This document shows, in pieces, positions 9,256 to 18,414 of a stretch of 64,000 bases of DNA; within the stretch, counting starts at the first letter, position 1, and the number at the start of each line of letters is the position of its first letter. Source of the stretch: Candidatus Levyibacteriota bacterium (GTDB taxonomy: Bacteria; Patescibacteriota; Microgenomatia; Levybacterales; UBA12049); the NCBI GenBank assembly GCA_029260905.1, contig JAJDCH010000010.1, positions 13,027 through 77,026 on the forward strand. The letters run 5' to 3'. Position numbers and translations under genes: made by a program. The notes under the pieces are model-generated. The model was given only the letters and a program-made list of their open reading frames with translations. It did not search any database and had not been told where the DNA came from.

Positions 9256-9301
9256 CAGCTAAATCTTGCGTTTTAGTTTTCTCGTTGTTATTATTTAGTT
9301 G

Positions 9302-9751
9302 ATGTCGGAATTTCCACGCTTTTTGAGGAAAAAGGGAAAAGAATCAGACAATCTTAATAGGCCTTCTAGTTTTGTAGTCAGTAAAAAAACAGATGATGGC
9401 ATACAAGGACCACCCCAGAGGCTCAGCGTCGGTAGTATATTTCCCTTTTATGAAGATGGAAATATCTCTGCACTTCTCCGTGTAACAGGACCAACAGCTG
9501 CCGATGTAGTGATAAGTAGGGGAGGCTCAAGGTCTGTTGTGAATCATAGCTGGACCTTTGATGCAGAAGGAAAAGGACACCTGACTGTTACACAAAATGG
9601 AATAAATAACATAGCTACACATTTAAGGGGTTTGCGAATCGACAAGGATGGTATACGAAGTAATAATATGGAAATTAGGTATAGAAAAATTGATTCATCT
9701 ATCCCTGTGACTGTCTTTTCTGCTTCACCTGCTCCCAGCCCTGTGTATTAA
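9302..9751 (+). CDS. hypothetical protein
   Basis: ORF of 149-150 aa with no motif I recognise. Confidence 0.35.
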   Translation: MSEFPRFLRKKGKESDNLNRPSSFVVSKKTDDGIQGPPQRLSVGSIFPFYEDGNISALLRVTGPTAADVVISRGGSRSVVNHSWTFDAEGKGHLTVTQNGINNIATHLRGLRIDKDGIRSNNMEIRYRKIDSSIPVTVFSASPAPSPVY

Positions 9752-9809
9752 TAGTTTTCATTTCCCAACTTTATAAAAATCCTATTTTGAATGTTATAAT
9801 ATACCCGCT

Positions 9810-10607
9810 ATGGTTGATTTTCACTATCTTGACAGCAAATGGGTAAGGACGAAGGATTTGAAAATTTCTGCATTTGATCTAGCAGTTCTCAGAGGCTACG
9901 GCGCGTTTGACTACCTCAGGGTTTATAAAGGAAAGCCATTTATGCTTGATTTGCATATTGAAAGATTTTTGCACTCCATTGCTTCGCTAAAGCTTGAAGC
10001 TTCCAAAACAAAACAGGAAATTGAGGAGCTTATTCTTGAGGGAATCAAGAAAAATCAAAAAGATGGGGATCTGTCTGTGCGGCTGATTTTGACAGGAAGT
10101 GGTGTTTTTATGGTCATGTATGAGGAGTCAACTGTCTATCCAGATAAATATTATGAGAATGGGATAAAAGCAGTTACTTTTAGAGAAAAAAGAGTACGAC
10201 CTGATGTCAAATCAATAAATTATGAAACAGCCATGATTGCAGCCAATTTTGCCAAAGAAAAAGGAGCATTTGAAGCTATTTTTGTTGATGATGGCAAGAT
10301 CTATGAGGGGACAAATTCCAATTTTTTTGTGGTAATTGATAAAGAATTGATAACACCCAAATTTGGAGTTTTGAAAGGTGTAACCCGTCAGGTAATACTT
10401 GATCTAGCACGTAAAAGAAGCATTGAGGTTATTGAGCGGGATATAGAGCTTGGTGAGCTATCAAGTGTAGATGAGGTCTTTATCGCATCAACCAGAAAAG
10501 AAATCATGCCAGTTATTCAGGTGGATGATATTAAGATAGGAAATGGACAAGTCGGAGATATGACAAATAAGTTGATGGAGGAATTTAGAAAGCTGACAAA
10601 AAAATAA
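9810..10607 (+). CDS. class-IV aminotransferase, of the IlvE/Dat/PabC fold type
   Basis: 'RGYGAFDYLRVYKGKPFMLDLHIERF' is typical of fold-type IV PLP enzymes. Confidence 0.7.
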   Translation: MVDFHYLDSKWVRTKDLKISAFDLAVLRGYGAFDYLRVYKGKPFMLDLHIERFLHSIASLKLEASKTKQEIEELILEGIKKNQKDGDLSVRLILTGSGVFMVMYEESTVYPDKYYENGIKAVTFREKRVRPDVKSINYETAMIAANFAKEKGAFEAIFVDDGKIYEGTNSNFFVVIDKELITPKFGVLKGVTRQVILDLARKRSIEVIERDIELGELSSVDEVFIASTRKEIMPVIQVDDIKIGNGQVGDMTNKLMEEFRKLTKK

Positions 10608-10663
10608 CTGATGTTTACTTTTACCACTTGAGATATAAAGTGAGGGTGTGCTAAAATACACAC

Positions 10664-10942
10664 ATGCGTAAATATGAATTAGTGATTGTTCTTAAGTCTT
10701 CTTTGAAAGATCTAGAACGCAAAAAAATTCTTGATACAGTAAAAGAATGGATGAAGGGAATTAAAATAGGCAAAGAAAATGATTGGGGACAAAAGCCTCT
10801 TTCTTATGCGATTAGAAAAGAAATCTCAGGTCATTATCTGCAATGGCTCTTTGAAGGCGATATTGTGATACCAACAGATTTTGAAAAAAGACTTTTGAGA
10901 GAAGACGGAGTATTGAGACACCTTTTGTTGAGAACTAAATAG
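10664..10942 (+). CDS. rpsF: 30S ribosomal protein S6
   Basis: 'MRKYELVIVLK...' is an S6-like N-terminus. The gene sits in the conserved rpsF-ssb-rpsR order. Confidence 0.85.
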   Translation: MRKYELVIVLKSSLKDLERKKILDTVKEWMKGIKIGKENDWGQKPLSYAIRKEISGHYLQWLFEGDIVIPTDFEKRLLREDGVLRHLLLRTK

Positions 10943-11015
10943 ATTTAAGATGTATGAAGTAAGATTTAAGAATAAGATTTTCATAAATCATATATCCTAA
11001 ATCATAAATCACGAT

Positions 11016-11540
11016 ATGGCAAGAAGTTTAAATAAAGTACAGTTGATTGGGAATTTGACACGGGATCCAGAGCTTAGGTATACACCAAATGGAAACGCTG
11101 TTTGTTCTTTTTCTCTTGCTACCAATAGATATTGGACAACAGATAATGGTGAGAAGAGAGAGGAAGCTGATTTCCATAGGATTGTTGCTTGGAATAAGCT
11201 GGCTGAGCTTTGCAGTCAATTTTTGACTAAAGGACGAAAGGTTTATGTTGAGGGAAGATTGAGTACCAGAAGCTGGACAGGGCAAGATGGAGTGCAGAAG
11301 CAAACAACAGAAGTTGTTATTGATAATATGATCCTTCTTGATAATAAAGGTGGAGGACAGGAGTCAACGGATGAAACCCATGATTTTCATGATGAGGCAA
11401 AGGAGTCAAAAGAAAAGCCAGTTGAAGAAAAAAAACAAGAAGCAAAAAAAAGTGATAAAAAAAAGGTAGAAAAGGCAAGCGATGATCCTTCAACAGGTTC
11501 AGGACAAGAAGAAGTTGCGCCAGATGATATACCTTTTTAG
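11016..11540 (+). CDS. ssb: single-stranded DNA-binding protein
   Basis: OB-fold N-terminus 'VQLIGNLTRDPELRYTPNG', an acidic tail and a C-terminal DIPF. Confidence 0.9.
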   Translation: MARSLNKVQLIGNLTRDPELRYTPNGNAVCSFSLATNRYWTTDNGEKREEADFHRIVAWNKLAELCSQFLTKGRKVYVEGRLSTRSWTGQDGVQKQTTEVVIDNMILLDNKGGGQESTDETHDFHDEAKESKEKPVEEKKQEAKKSDKKKVEKASDDPSTGSGQEEVAPDDIPF

Positions 11541-11577
11541 ATATAAGATATAAGACGTAAGATTAAAGAAAAGTTGT

Positions 11578-11817
11578 ATGAAAAAGAAAAGATTTCCAAA
11601 AAGAAAAATAGTAGTTCCAAAGAGTTGTTACTTTTGCAAAGAAGAGAAAACTCCTTGGTATTCAGAGGTTTCTGATCTGCAAAAATTTACAACAGATCGT
11701 GGCAAGATAATTGCAAGGTCAAGGTCAGGACTTTGCGCAAAGCATCAAAGAAGAGTTACAGCTTCCATAAAACACGCAAGACATCTTGCCTTATTACCTT
11801 TCGTTAATCAAGAATAA
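11578..11817 (+). CDS. rpsR: 30S ribosomal protein S18
   Basis: 'CYFCKEEK...RSGLCAKHQRRVTASIKHARHLALLPF' is the S18 signature. Confidence 0.85.
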   Translation: MKKKRFPKRKIVVPKSCYFCKEEKTPWYSEVSDLQKFTTDRGKIIARSRSGLCAKHQRRVTASIKHARHLALLPFVNQE

Positions 11818-11874
11818 ACCCTATGATTTGACATATTAGAGTTTTGAATTTAGATATTCGAATTTTAAGCACCT

Positions 11875-12621
11875 ATGATATCTTTGCCCATCCCTATCCC
11901 CGAGAATTTTACTCCAATTGTTAAAGCAGGTGATGTTGTCTCTGTATCTTCTCCTATAGCTGAAAAAAAGGCAAAAGATGAAGTAATAATAAATCTCTCA
12001 GAAATGCTTGGAGTAAAGTCCAAAAATGCAGGAAAATATCTTTTGAAAAATCCAGGCGATGAAGTCAGAAAGGAAGAGGTGTTGGCGATTGTAAAAGGTT
12101 TTTGGGGACAAAAAACTTTAAGAAGCAGGGTGCATGGAACAATAACCAGATACGAAAGAGATACGAGTAATTTGGCAGTGAGACTCTCTGGTTTTAGCGC
12201 AAATGAAAAAATGTTATCACCTGTTGATGGTGTAATTGATTTGTGCGATAATGAAAAAATAACAATTCAGACGTCCAAACATGCTGCGCTTGGAACAAAA
12301 GGAATTGGGATGTCAGCAAAGGGGGATGTTTATTTTTTTAGAGAAAAAGATGCCTATGCTTTGACTAGTGAAGCAAGCGGAAAGATTATAGTTGGAAAAA
12401 GTTTTGATTCAGAAATAATACTAAAAGGTTCAGCGCTTGATGCGCTCGGGATGATAGCAACAGACATAAAGGATGATGCTCTAAAATTTTTAAGATCCAG
12501 AAATCTAAATATGCCAGTTCTTGAAGTGGATATAGATGTACTTTTGCAGCTTGAAAAATGGAATGATAAAAAAATTTTTATGGATGGAAGTCTAAAATCT
12601 ATTGTTTTTCTTCAAATATAA
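11875..12621 (+). CDS. hypothetical protein
   Basis: 248 aa with no motif I recognise. Confidence 0.35.
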   Translation: MISLPIPIPENFTPIVKAGDVVSVSSPIAEKKAKDEVIINLSEMLGVKSKNAGKYLLKNPGDEVRKEEVLAIVKGFWGQKTLRSRVHGTITRYERDTSNLAVRLSGFSANEKMLSPVDGVIDLCDNEKITIQTSKHAALGTKGIGMSAKGDVYFFREKDAYALTSEASGKIIVGKSFDSEIILKGSALDALGMIATDIKDDALKFLRSRNLNMPVLEVDIDVLLQLEKWNDKKIFMDGSLKSIVFLQI

Positions 12622-12624
12622 TTT

Positions 12625-13941
12625 ATGAATACTGAAATTGAAAAAAAAGAATCAAAAGGATTTTTTAATCCAAGAAAGATGAGATTTTTTCTGGCGATTT
12701 TTATTGCTGGTCTTATTGGTTATTTTATAGGTGTTACCAAGATAGATTTTCAGCTTAAAAATTTTCAACCCCATGTAGCTTTTTCAAGTAAAGAGCCACC
12801 GCCTTCAGTTACACAGAGTGATTTCTCCAAGTTTTGGAGTATTCTTAATCTGCTAGAAGAAAAATATTATGATAAATCAGCATTTGATCAACAAAAGATC
12901 TTGGATGGCGCGATTTCAGGCATGGTAGATAGCCTTGACGATCCATACACTCTGTATCTTCCTCCTCAGCAAAATGATGATTTCAAGCAAGGACTTGCAG
13001 GTCAATTTGAAGGAATTGGAGCTGAATTGGCTCTGAAAGACAAACAAATTTATGTGGTAAAGCCGTTGGGAGGATCTCCTGCGCAAAAAGCAGGAATAAG
13101 AATTGGTGATGCAATTGTAAAAGTGGATGGTGAGTCAACTGCAGGATGGAATGTATTTAAGGCTGTGCAAGTAATAAGAGGAGAGAAAGGAACTTCGGTT
13201 ACTCTGACGGTTTTGCATAAAGATGATAGTGAGTTAACAGATATTAAAATAACAAGAGACACGATTGAAATAAATAGTCTCACGACTGAAGTAAAGACAA
13301 TAAATCAGTTTGATCAAATTGATAAAATGGGAGTTCTGGATGCGAACAAAAATAATAAAATTGTTTACTTTAAGCTCACGCAATTTGGTGATAAGACCAA
13401 TGATGAATGGCTAAAAGCTATAAATGAGGTAGATATGAAGATAAAATCTGACAGTTCCATAAAAGGCGTTGTTCTTGATTTGAGAAATAACCCTGGTGGC
13501 TATCTGGGAGATGCAGTATATATCGCATCTGAGTTTATAGAAAATGGAAATGCAGTTCTTCAGGAAGACAGAAATGGCAAAACAAATGAGTTTTCTGTTT
13601 CTGGAAAAGGGCTTTTGACAGATGTGCCTGTAGTAGTTCTTATAAATAAAGGATCTGCATCAGCAAGTGAGATTGTGTCAGGTGCGCTTAGGGATCATAA
13701 GCGGGCAAAGCTTGTTGGTGAGACATCATTTGGAAAGGGAACCATACAGGAGGCAGCAGAATTGGGTCAAGGATCAGGAATTCACGTAACAATTGCTAAA
13801 TGGCTAACGCCAAATGGTACATGGGTTGGAAATGGTAAAACAGGATCTGGTCTTAAGCCAGACCTGGAAGTAAAGCCAGATGAGCAGAGGCCTGATCACG
13901 ATATCCAGCTTGAAAAAGCAATAGAAGAGTTGTTAAAATAA
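12625..13941 (+). CDS. ctpA: carboxyl-terminal processing protease, S41 family with a PDZ domain
   Basis: An N-terminal transmembrane segment, a PDZ domain, and 'LINKGSASASEIVSGALRDHKRAKLVGETSFGKGTIQ', which is the S41 Ser/Lys dyad region. Confidence 0.85.
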   Translation: MNTEIEKKESKGFFNPRKMRFFLAIFIAGLIGYFIGVTKIDFQLKNFQPHVAFSSKEPPPSVTQSDFSKFWSILNLLEEKYYDKSAFDQQKILDGAISGMVDSLDDPYTLYLPPQQNDDFKQGLAGQFEGIGAELALKDKQIYVVKPLGGSPAQKAGIRIGDAIVKVDGESTAGWNVFKAVQVIRGEKGTSVTLTVLHKDDSELTDIKITRDTIEINSLTTEVKTINQFDQIDKMGVLDANKNNKIVYFKLTQFGDKTNDEWLKAINEVDMKIKSDSSIKGVVLDLRNNPGGYLGDAVYIASEFIENGNAVLQEDRNGKTNEFSVSGKGLLTDVPVVVLINKGSASASEIVSGALRDHKRAKLVGETSFGKGTIQEAAELGQGSGIHVTIAKWLTPNGTWVGNGKTGSGLKPDLEVKPDEQRPDHDIQLEKAIEELLK

Positions 13942-13948
13942 ATTCTCT

Positions 13949-15091
13949 ATGAAACGAATCGGTGTTCTCATCATTCTCCTTTTTGCTCTTTTGGGCGTAG
14001 TTGGTGTTATTCAGTATTTTTTTCCCTCAACCAGGCTTCAAACCAAAATTGAAAATAGTAATGGTAGTGAGAATATAAAAATAGTCAGTGAGGAATCAAT
14101 AACTATTGATATTGTTAAAAAGGTTGGTCCATCAGTTGTGACTATTGCTGAGGAGGTAACGCAAAATACAGGAGTATTTAGAATAGGACCTTTTTCTATT
14201 GATATTCCACAGCAGGAAGAACAAAGTAGTGAAATTGAGCCTCAAAGTATAGGAACTGGTTTTATAATTGACAAAGAAGGACTTGTGGTTACTAATAAGC
14301 ATGTTGTTCAGCAAAGTGGGATTGATTATTTTGTGATAACAAATGATCAGAAAAGATACAAAGTAGAAAATATTTATAGAGATCCCTTGAATGATATTTC
14401 TCTTTTGAAGATAGATTCAACTGAAAATAACAAAGCTCTTAATCCTATTCCCCTTGGAGATTCAGACAATCTTCAGGCAGGACAATACGTAGTTGCTATC
14501 GGAACAGCTCTTGGTGAATTTGAGAATACAGTTACAACTGGAGTTATATCAGGTCTTGGAAGGGGAATCACAGCAGGATCTGCCTTTCAGGGATCAGTTG
14601 AGAGGATTGATAATGTGATCCAGACAGATGCCGCGATAAATCCAGGAAATAGTGGTGGTCCGCTTCTCAACTCCAGTGGTCAGGTGATAGGGGTAAATAC
14701 AGCTGTTTCAGCTGCTGGGCAAAATATTGGTTTTGCAATTCCTATTAATACTATTAAAAAATCTCTTGATAATTTCAATAAAACAGGAAAGTTTGATAGG
14801 GCATATCTTGGTGTTTCATACAGAGTGATACCCCAGGAGACAGCCCTCATCAATAACGTGCCTCAGGGAGCATTTGTTCAATCAGTTATTGCAGGTTCAC
14901 CAGCAGATAAAGCAGGGATCAGGCAAGGAGACATTATTACAAAATTAGATGGCGATAAGCTCACAGTTGATAGGGAGTTGGCAGTAGTTATTGCTGCTAA
15001 AAAAACAGGCGATAAGCTAGATATAGAAGTTTATAGAGATGGTGAGAGTCAAAATCTAACAGCTACTCTTGAAACAATCCCTCAAGAATAA
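13949..15091 (+). CDS. htrA: HtrA/DegP-family serine protease with a PDZ domain
   Basis: 'DAAINPGNSGGPLLNSSGQVIGVNTAV' is the trypsin-like catalytic Ser motif. There is a C-terminal PDZ domain. Confidence 0.85.
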   Translation: MKRIGVLIILLFALLGVVGVIQYFFPSTRLQTKIENSNGSENIKIVSEESITIDIVKKVGPSVVTIAEEVTQNTGVFRIGPFSIDIPQQEEQSSEIEPQSIGTGFIIDKEGLVVTNKHVVQQSGIDYFVITNDQKRYKVENIYRDPLNDISLLKIDSTENNKALNPIPLGDSDNLQAGQYVVAIGTALGEFENTVTTGVISGLGRGITAGSAFQGSVERIDNVIQTDAAINPGNSGGPLLNSSGQVIGVNTAVSAAGQNIGFAIPINTIKKSLDNFNKTGKFDRAYLGVSYRVIPQETALINNVPQGAFVQSVIAGSPADKAGIRQGDIITKLDGDKLTVDRELAVVIAAKKTGDKLDIEVYRDGESQNLTATLETIPQE

Positions 15092-15170
15092 TAAAAAGCA
15101 GGAAAGGACGGGCTAAATACAAAAATGCCTCTTGCAAACAAGATTCTTTATATTTATAATATATTACAAC

Positions 15171-15896
15171 ATGGCAAAATCAACAACCACAAAGAAACCA
15201 GCTGCCAAAAAAACTCCAGCTAAAAAATCAGCAAGTAGATCCACATCTAAAACATCAGCAAAAGCATCAGTTGAAAAAACAAAAACAACCTCAACAAGTG
15301 ATATCAAAGCATACAAATTTAAGACAGTTTATGTTGTTGCAGTCTTGATAGCTATTGCATTGGCAGGACTGCTTTTTGCATTAAGGAGCATGATTGTTGC
15401 AGCAGTTGTTAACGGACAACCTATCTATCGATGGGACATCATCAAGGAAACAGAAAAGATATCCGGAAAACAGGTCATGTCAAATCAAATCAGAAATATT
15501 TTGATTGAACAGGAAGCAAAAAAGAAAAATATAACTGTGACAGAAGAGGAGATTGATCAGGAAGTAAAAAAAGTTGAAGATACTTTGAAAGAGCAGGGAC
15601 AGGAGCTTGATCAGGTTCTTGAAATTCAGGGCATGGGTAGAGGAGAGCTGAGGGAGTTGCTAAGACTTGATAAATTGGTTGGAAAGCTAGTCGGACAAGA
15701 CATCAAGGCAACAGATAAAGAAATTGATGATTTTATTGAAGCAAATAAAGAGACATTTCCTGAAACACAATCTGAAGAAGAGATAAAAGAATCAGTAGGG
15801 GAGAGTCTTAAGCAGCAAAAGCTTCAAGCAAAAGTGCAGGAATGGCTAGCAGACATTCAAGCCAAAGCCCAAATAAACTACGTAGTAGAATACTAA
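15171..15896 (+). CDS. membrane-anchored protein with a SurA/PpiD-type N-terminal chaperone domain
   Basis: Lys-rich N-terminus, one transmembrane segment, then 'QPIYRWDIIKETEK...TEEEIDQEVKK', which resembles a SurA_N domain. The ORF could start at 15132. Confidence 0.45.
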   Translation: MAKSTTTKKPAAKKTPAKKSASRSTSKTSAKASVEKTKTTSTSDIKAYKFKTVYVVAVLIAIALAGLLFALRSMIVAAVVNGQPIYRWDIIKETEKISGKQVMSNQIRNILIEQEAKKKNITVTEEEIDQEVKKVEDTLKEQGQELDQVLEIQGMGRGELRELLRLDKLVGKLVGQDIKATDKEIDDFIEANKETFPETQSEEEIKESVGESLKQQKLQAKVQEWLADIQAKAQINYVVEY

Positions 15897-15903
15897 TCCC
15901 CAA

Positions 15904-15932
15904 TTGCATTTAGCCCGCACCCATGGTAAAAT
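15904..15932 (+). promoter_or_regulatory. putative sigma70 promoter: TTGCAT, 17 nt, TGgTAAAAT
   Basis: The -35 TTGCAT is at 15904-15909, the spacer is 17 nt, and the extended -10 is at 15924-15932. The ATG at 15946 gives a very short leader. Confidence 0.4.
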
Positions 15933-15945
15933 CTCATTTTGATCT

Positions 15946-17391
15946 ATGAATGAGAGGCTTGGTAAAGGTGAAAGAAGACTAGGTTTTGTTGATTGGTATC
16001 GTCCTACTCTTAAAGTATCCCACATTAATGAAATCAATTTTTCTGGTTTTAAAGAAAGAGGTGTAAACACTCTCTTGCTTGATGGTGAAGGAAGTTTTGT
16101 TGAGCATAATGGCTGGGACATAGATCCTAAAATTGTTAAAAGGATAAAATCTCAAGACTTTGATAATATTGCAATTGTTTCCAATAAAAGACCAAACACA
16201 GAAAAAGACTTTGTGCGACTTAATCACTGGGCAGAACAACTTGGGGAGAATGTAGTTGTTTTTACGCCACTTGATAGAAGTGAAAGAAAGCCTGGGTCCA
16301 AGATGCTTCTCAAGGCAGCGAGTCATTTTGGCATAGATACAAATCAGGCAGTAATGGTGGGGGATAAGGTAACTGCTGATGTTTTGGCAGCAAATAGAGC
16401 TGGGATGTATTCTGTTTGGGTGGATCGGCTTGGATGGGAAGATTTACCAGGTGATAGAATTGGTAGAAGACCTGTTGAGGCAGGTATAAGGATGGTAACA
16501 AGACCAAACAAAGAATTTGACGGTTTTCCAGCACCTCCTCCTAGTGAGCCTGCAGCGACATTAAGGCAATACGCTTCTCAGAAAGAATCTGAATTTAATA
16601 TGAACAGGCCTCAGGGCTTGGAACAAGTTCCTGAACTTCTCTGGAGTAAAAGCAGGATTATTGGAGTTGGTCAACCAGATGTAGTTTTGCCACAAGAAGT
16701 TTTAGATGCAATTCCTCCTGGCCTGAGCGAGTCATTTGGAATTAAACAAATAAAAGAAATTCTTTACTCTGTTGATTCAAAATATGGAGAACAATTTGAT
16801 AATTTTATGGGAGAGAATGGTAGAAAAATCGCCAATGCGTCAACTACTGTGAGAATTCCTGGGGCAATCCTTATTGCAGGTCTTCTTATTGCTGATAAGC
16901 CAAAGCTGGCACGCAAGGTTCATGCTGTTTTAGCCTCTACAGATATTATAGATGGATGGGCTGCGAGGAAAGATTTTGACCAATCAAAAGAAGCAAAAGA
17001 AAGGGGAGGAAAGTTTGACCAAACAGTAGACAAGATTGCGGCATTTATAATTGAGGTAGGACTTTTGAAGAAAGACAGATTGCCTCTTGATAATTCAATA
17101 ACAATCTTAGGAGCAGATTTATACATGAATAAAGTAGCTAGGCCACGAGCAAGGTCAAAGGGGCTTGATACAAGTGCTGCGCTGTCTGGCAAGATGAGCA
17201 CTCTGCTTGTAGAATTTATGCACAATTTTTCAATGACAGATAATCCATCTGCCTTTAATAAATTATTTAGAGAAGTAGCAACAGGGGCAAAAGTTGCGAG
17301 AATTCAGTTGTCGCAACAGGCGTGGGAATTAAAAAAAGCTGATAACAATAGATTTGAAGAGGTTAAAGAGGAGATGCTTGCTGCTGCTTGA
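15946..17391 (+). CDS. HAD-IIIA (YqeG-like) phosphatase domain fused to a C-terminal extension of about 300 aa and unknown function
   Basis: N-terminal HAD motifs: 'LLLDGEGS' (motif I with D-x-E), 'IVSNK' and 'GDKVTADVLAANRAG'. The C-terminal 300 aa are unassigned. Confidence 0.55.
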   Translation: MNERLGKGERRLGFVDWYRPTLKVSHINEINFSGFKERGVNTLLLDGEGSFVEHNGWDIDPKIVKRIKSQDFDNIAIVSNKRPNTEKDFVRLNHWAEQLGENVVVFTPLDRSERKPGSKMLLKAASHFGIDTNQAVMVGDKVTADVLAANRAGMYSVWVDRLGWEDLPGDRIGRRPVEAGIRMVTRPNKEFDGFPAPPPSEPAATLRQYASQKESEFNMNRPQGLEQVPELLWSKSRIIGVGQPDVVLPQEVLDAIPPGLSESFGIKQIKEILYSVDSKYGEQFDNFMGENGRKIANASTTVRIPGAILIAGLLIADKPKLARKVHAVLASTDIIDGWAARKDFDQSKEAKERGGKFDQTVDKIAAFIIEVGLLKKDRLPLDNSITILGADLYMNKVARPRARSKGLDTSAALSGKMSTLLVEFMHNFSMTDNPSAFNKLFREVATGAKVARIQLSQQAWELKKADNNRFEEVKEEMLAAA

Positions 17392-17393
17392 AT

Positions 17394-18272
17394 TTACTCC
17401 TCCGGACGGTCTTCAGGAATTTCCCCAGCCAGAATAGAGGGAAGATTTTTCCATGATTTGTTGATTCTATGATCTGTAAGTCTGTCTTGAGGGAAATTGT
17501 AAGTTTTTATTTTTTCTGATCTATCACCCCTACCTACTTGAGTTGATTTGAGAGAGGAGATCTGCTCGGTTCTTTTGGCAATTTCTTGCTCCCAGAGTTG
17601 AGATCTGAGAAGACTCATAGCAAACTCTCTGTTTTGGTTTTGTGACCTCTCAACTGATGCTGTGACAACTATTCCTGAAGGCTTATGTTTTATTCTTACT
17701 GCAGTTGAGACTTTATTTACATTTTGTCCTCCGTGTCCGCCTGAGCGAAATGCCTCAAATTCTATATCATCAGGTGCGATATGGATATCTATATCATCCA
17801 GTTCAGGTAAGATTGAAATCGTCGCAGTACTGGTGTGAATCCTGCCTTTTTTTTCAGTTGCGGGGATTCTCTGGACCCTATGAACGCCTGCTTCGTATTT
17901 AAATGTTCCAAATGCTCCAACTCCAGCTGATTTGCCACTTATTTTTATGACATACTCATCCATTTGTTCAACTTTGTATCCTTTTATTTGTGCAAATCTT
18001 GTATACATTCTGATCAACTCATCTGCCCAGAGCTTGGCTTCATCTCCGCCTGCTGCGCCTTTGACTTCAAGCAGGATATTTTTTTCATCAAAATCTTGCT
18101 CATTTTTGGTGTCTGTTTCCTTGATACTATCTTCAATTGCTTTTTTTTGCAGCTCAAGCATTTCTATTTCTTCCTTTGCAAGAGGCATGAGGGTCGGATC
18201 AGAGAGGAGTTTTTTGGCTTCCTCAATTTTTTGATCGAGTTCTTCTATTTGTGTGTAGCGGTAGTCGTTCAT
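17394..18272 (-). CDS. prfA: peptide chain release factor 1, with a shortened N-terminal domain
   Basis: GGQ motif 'GGHGGQNVNKVSTAVRI' and the RF1-type tripeptide P-A-T in 'RVQRIPATEKKGRIHTS'. It is 292 aa where typical RF1 is about 360 aa. Confidence 0.75.
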   Translation of the reverse strand: MNDYRYTQIEELDQKIEEAKKLLSDPTLMPLAKEEIEMLELQKKAIEDSIKETDTKNEQDFDEKNILLEVKGAAGGDEAKLWADELIRMYTRFAQIKGYKVEQMDEYVIKISGKSAGVGAFGTFKYEAGVHRVQRIPATEKKGRIHTSTATISILPELDDIDIHIAPDDIEFEAFRSGGHGGQNVNKVSTAVRIKHKPSGIVVTASVERSQNQNREFAMSLLRSQLWEQEIAKRTEQISSLKSTQVGRGDRSEKIKTYNFPQDRLTDHRINKSWKNLPSILAGEIPEDRPEE

Positions 18273-18414
18273 AAATTAGTATTAAGTATTATGAAGTAAG
18301 TAGCAAGTATGCACCGTTTTAGTTTAATACTTTATACATAATTCTTTATACTGGTTGAATAATAGATTGATTTTATCATAAAAAAAATATTAAGGGAAAA
18401 ACTGAATAAAGAAG

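Noticed and set aside
16930-17040. Partial match to the CDP-alcohol phosphatidyltransferase signature (D-G-x2-A-R...G-x3-D-x3-D) within the C-terminal extension of the HAD protein: DGWAARKDFDQSKEAKERGGKFDQTVD. It was tempting because YqeG-like phosphatases include PGP phosphatases, and a PgsA fusion would make biochemical sense.
   Set aside because: The A-R to G spacing is 12 residues rather than the canonical 8. The region also lacks the 5-6 transmembrane helices that all CDP-OH transferases have. It is most likely a coincidence.
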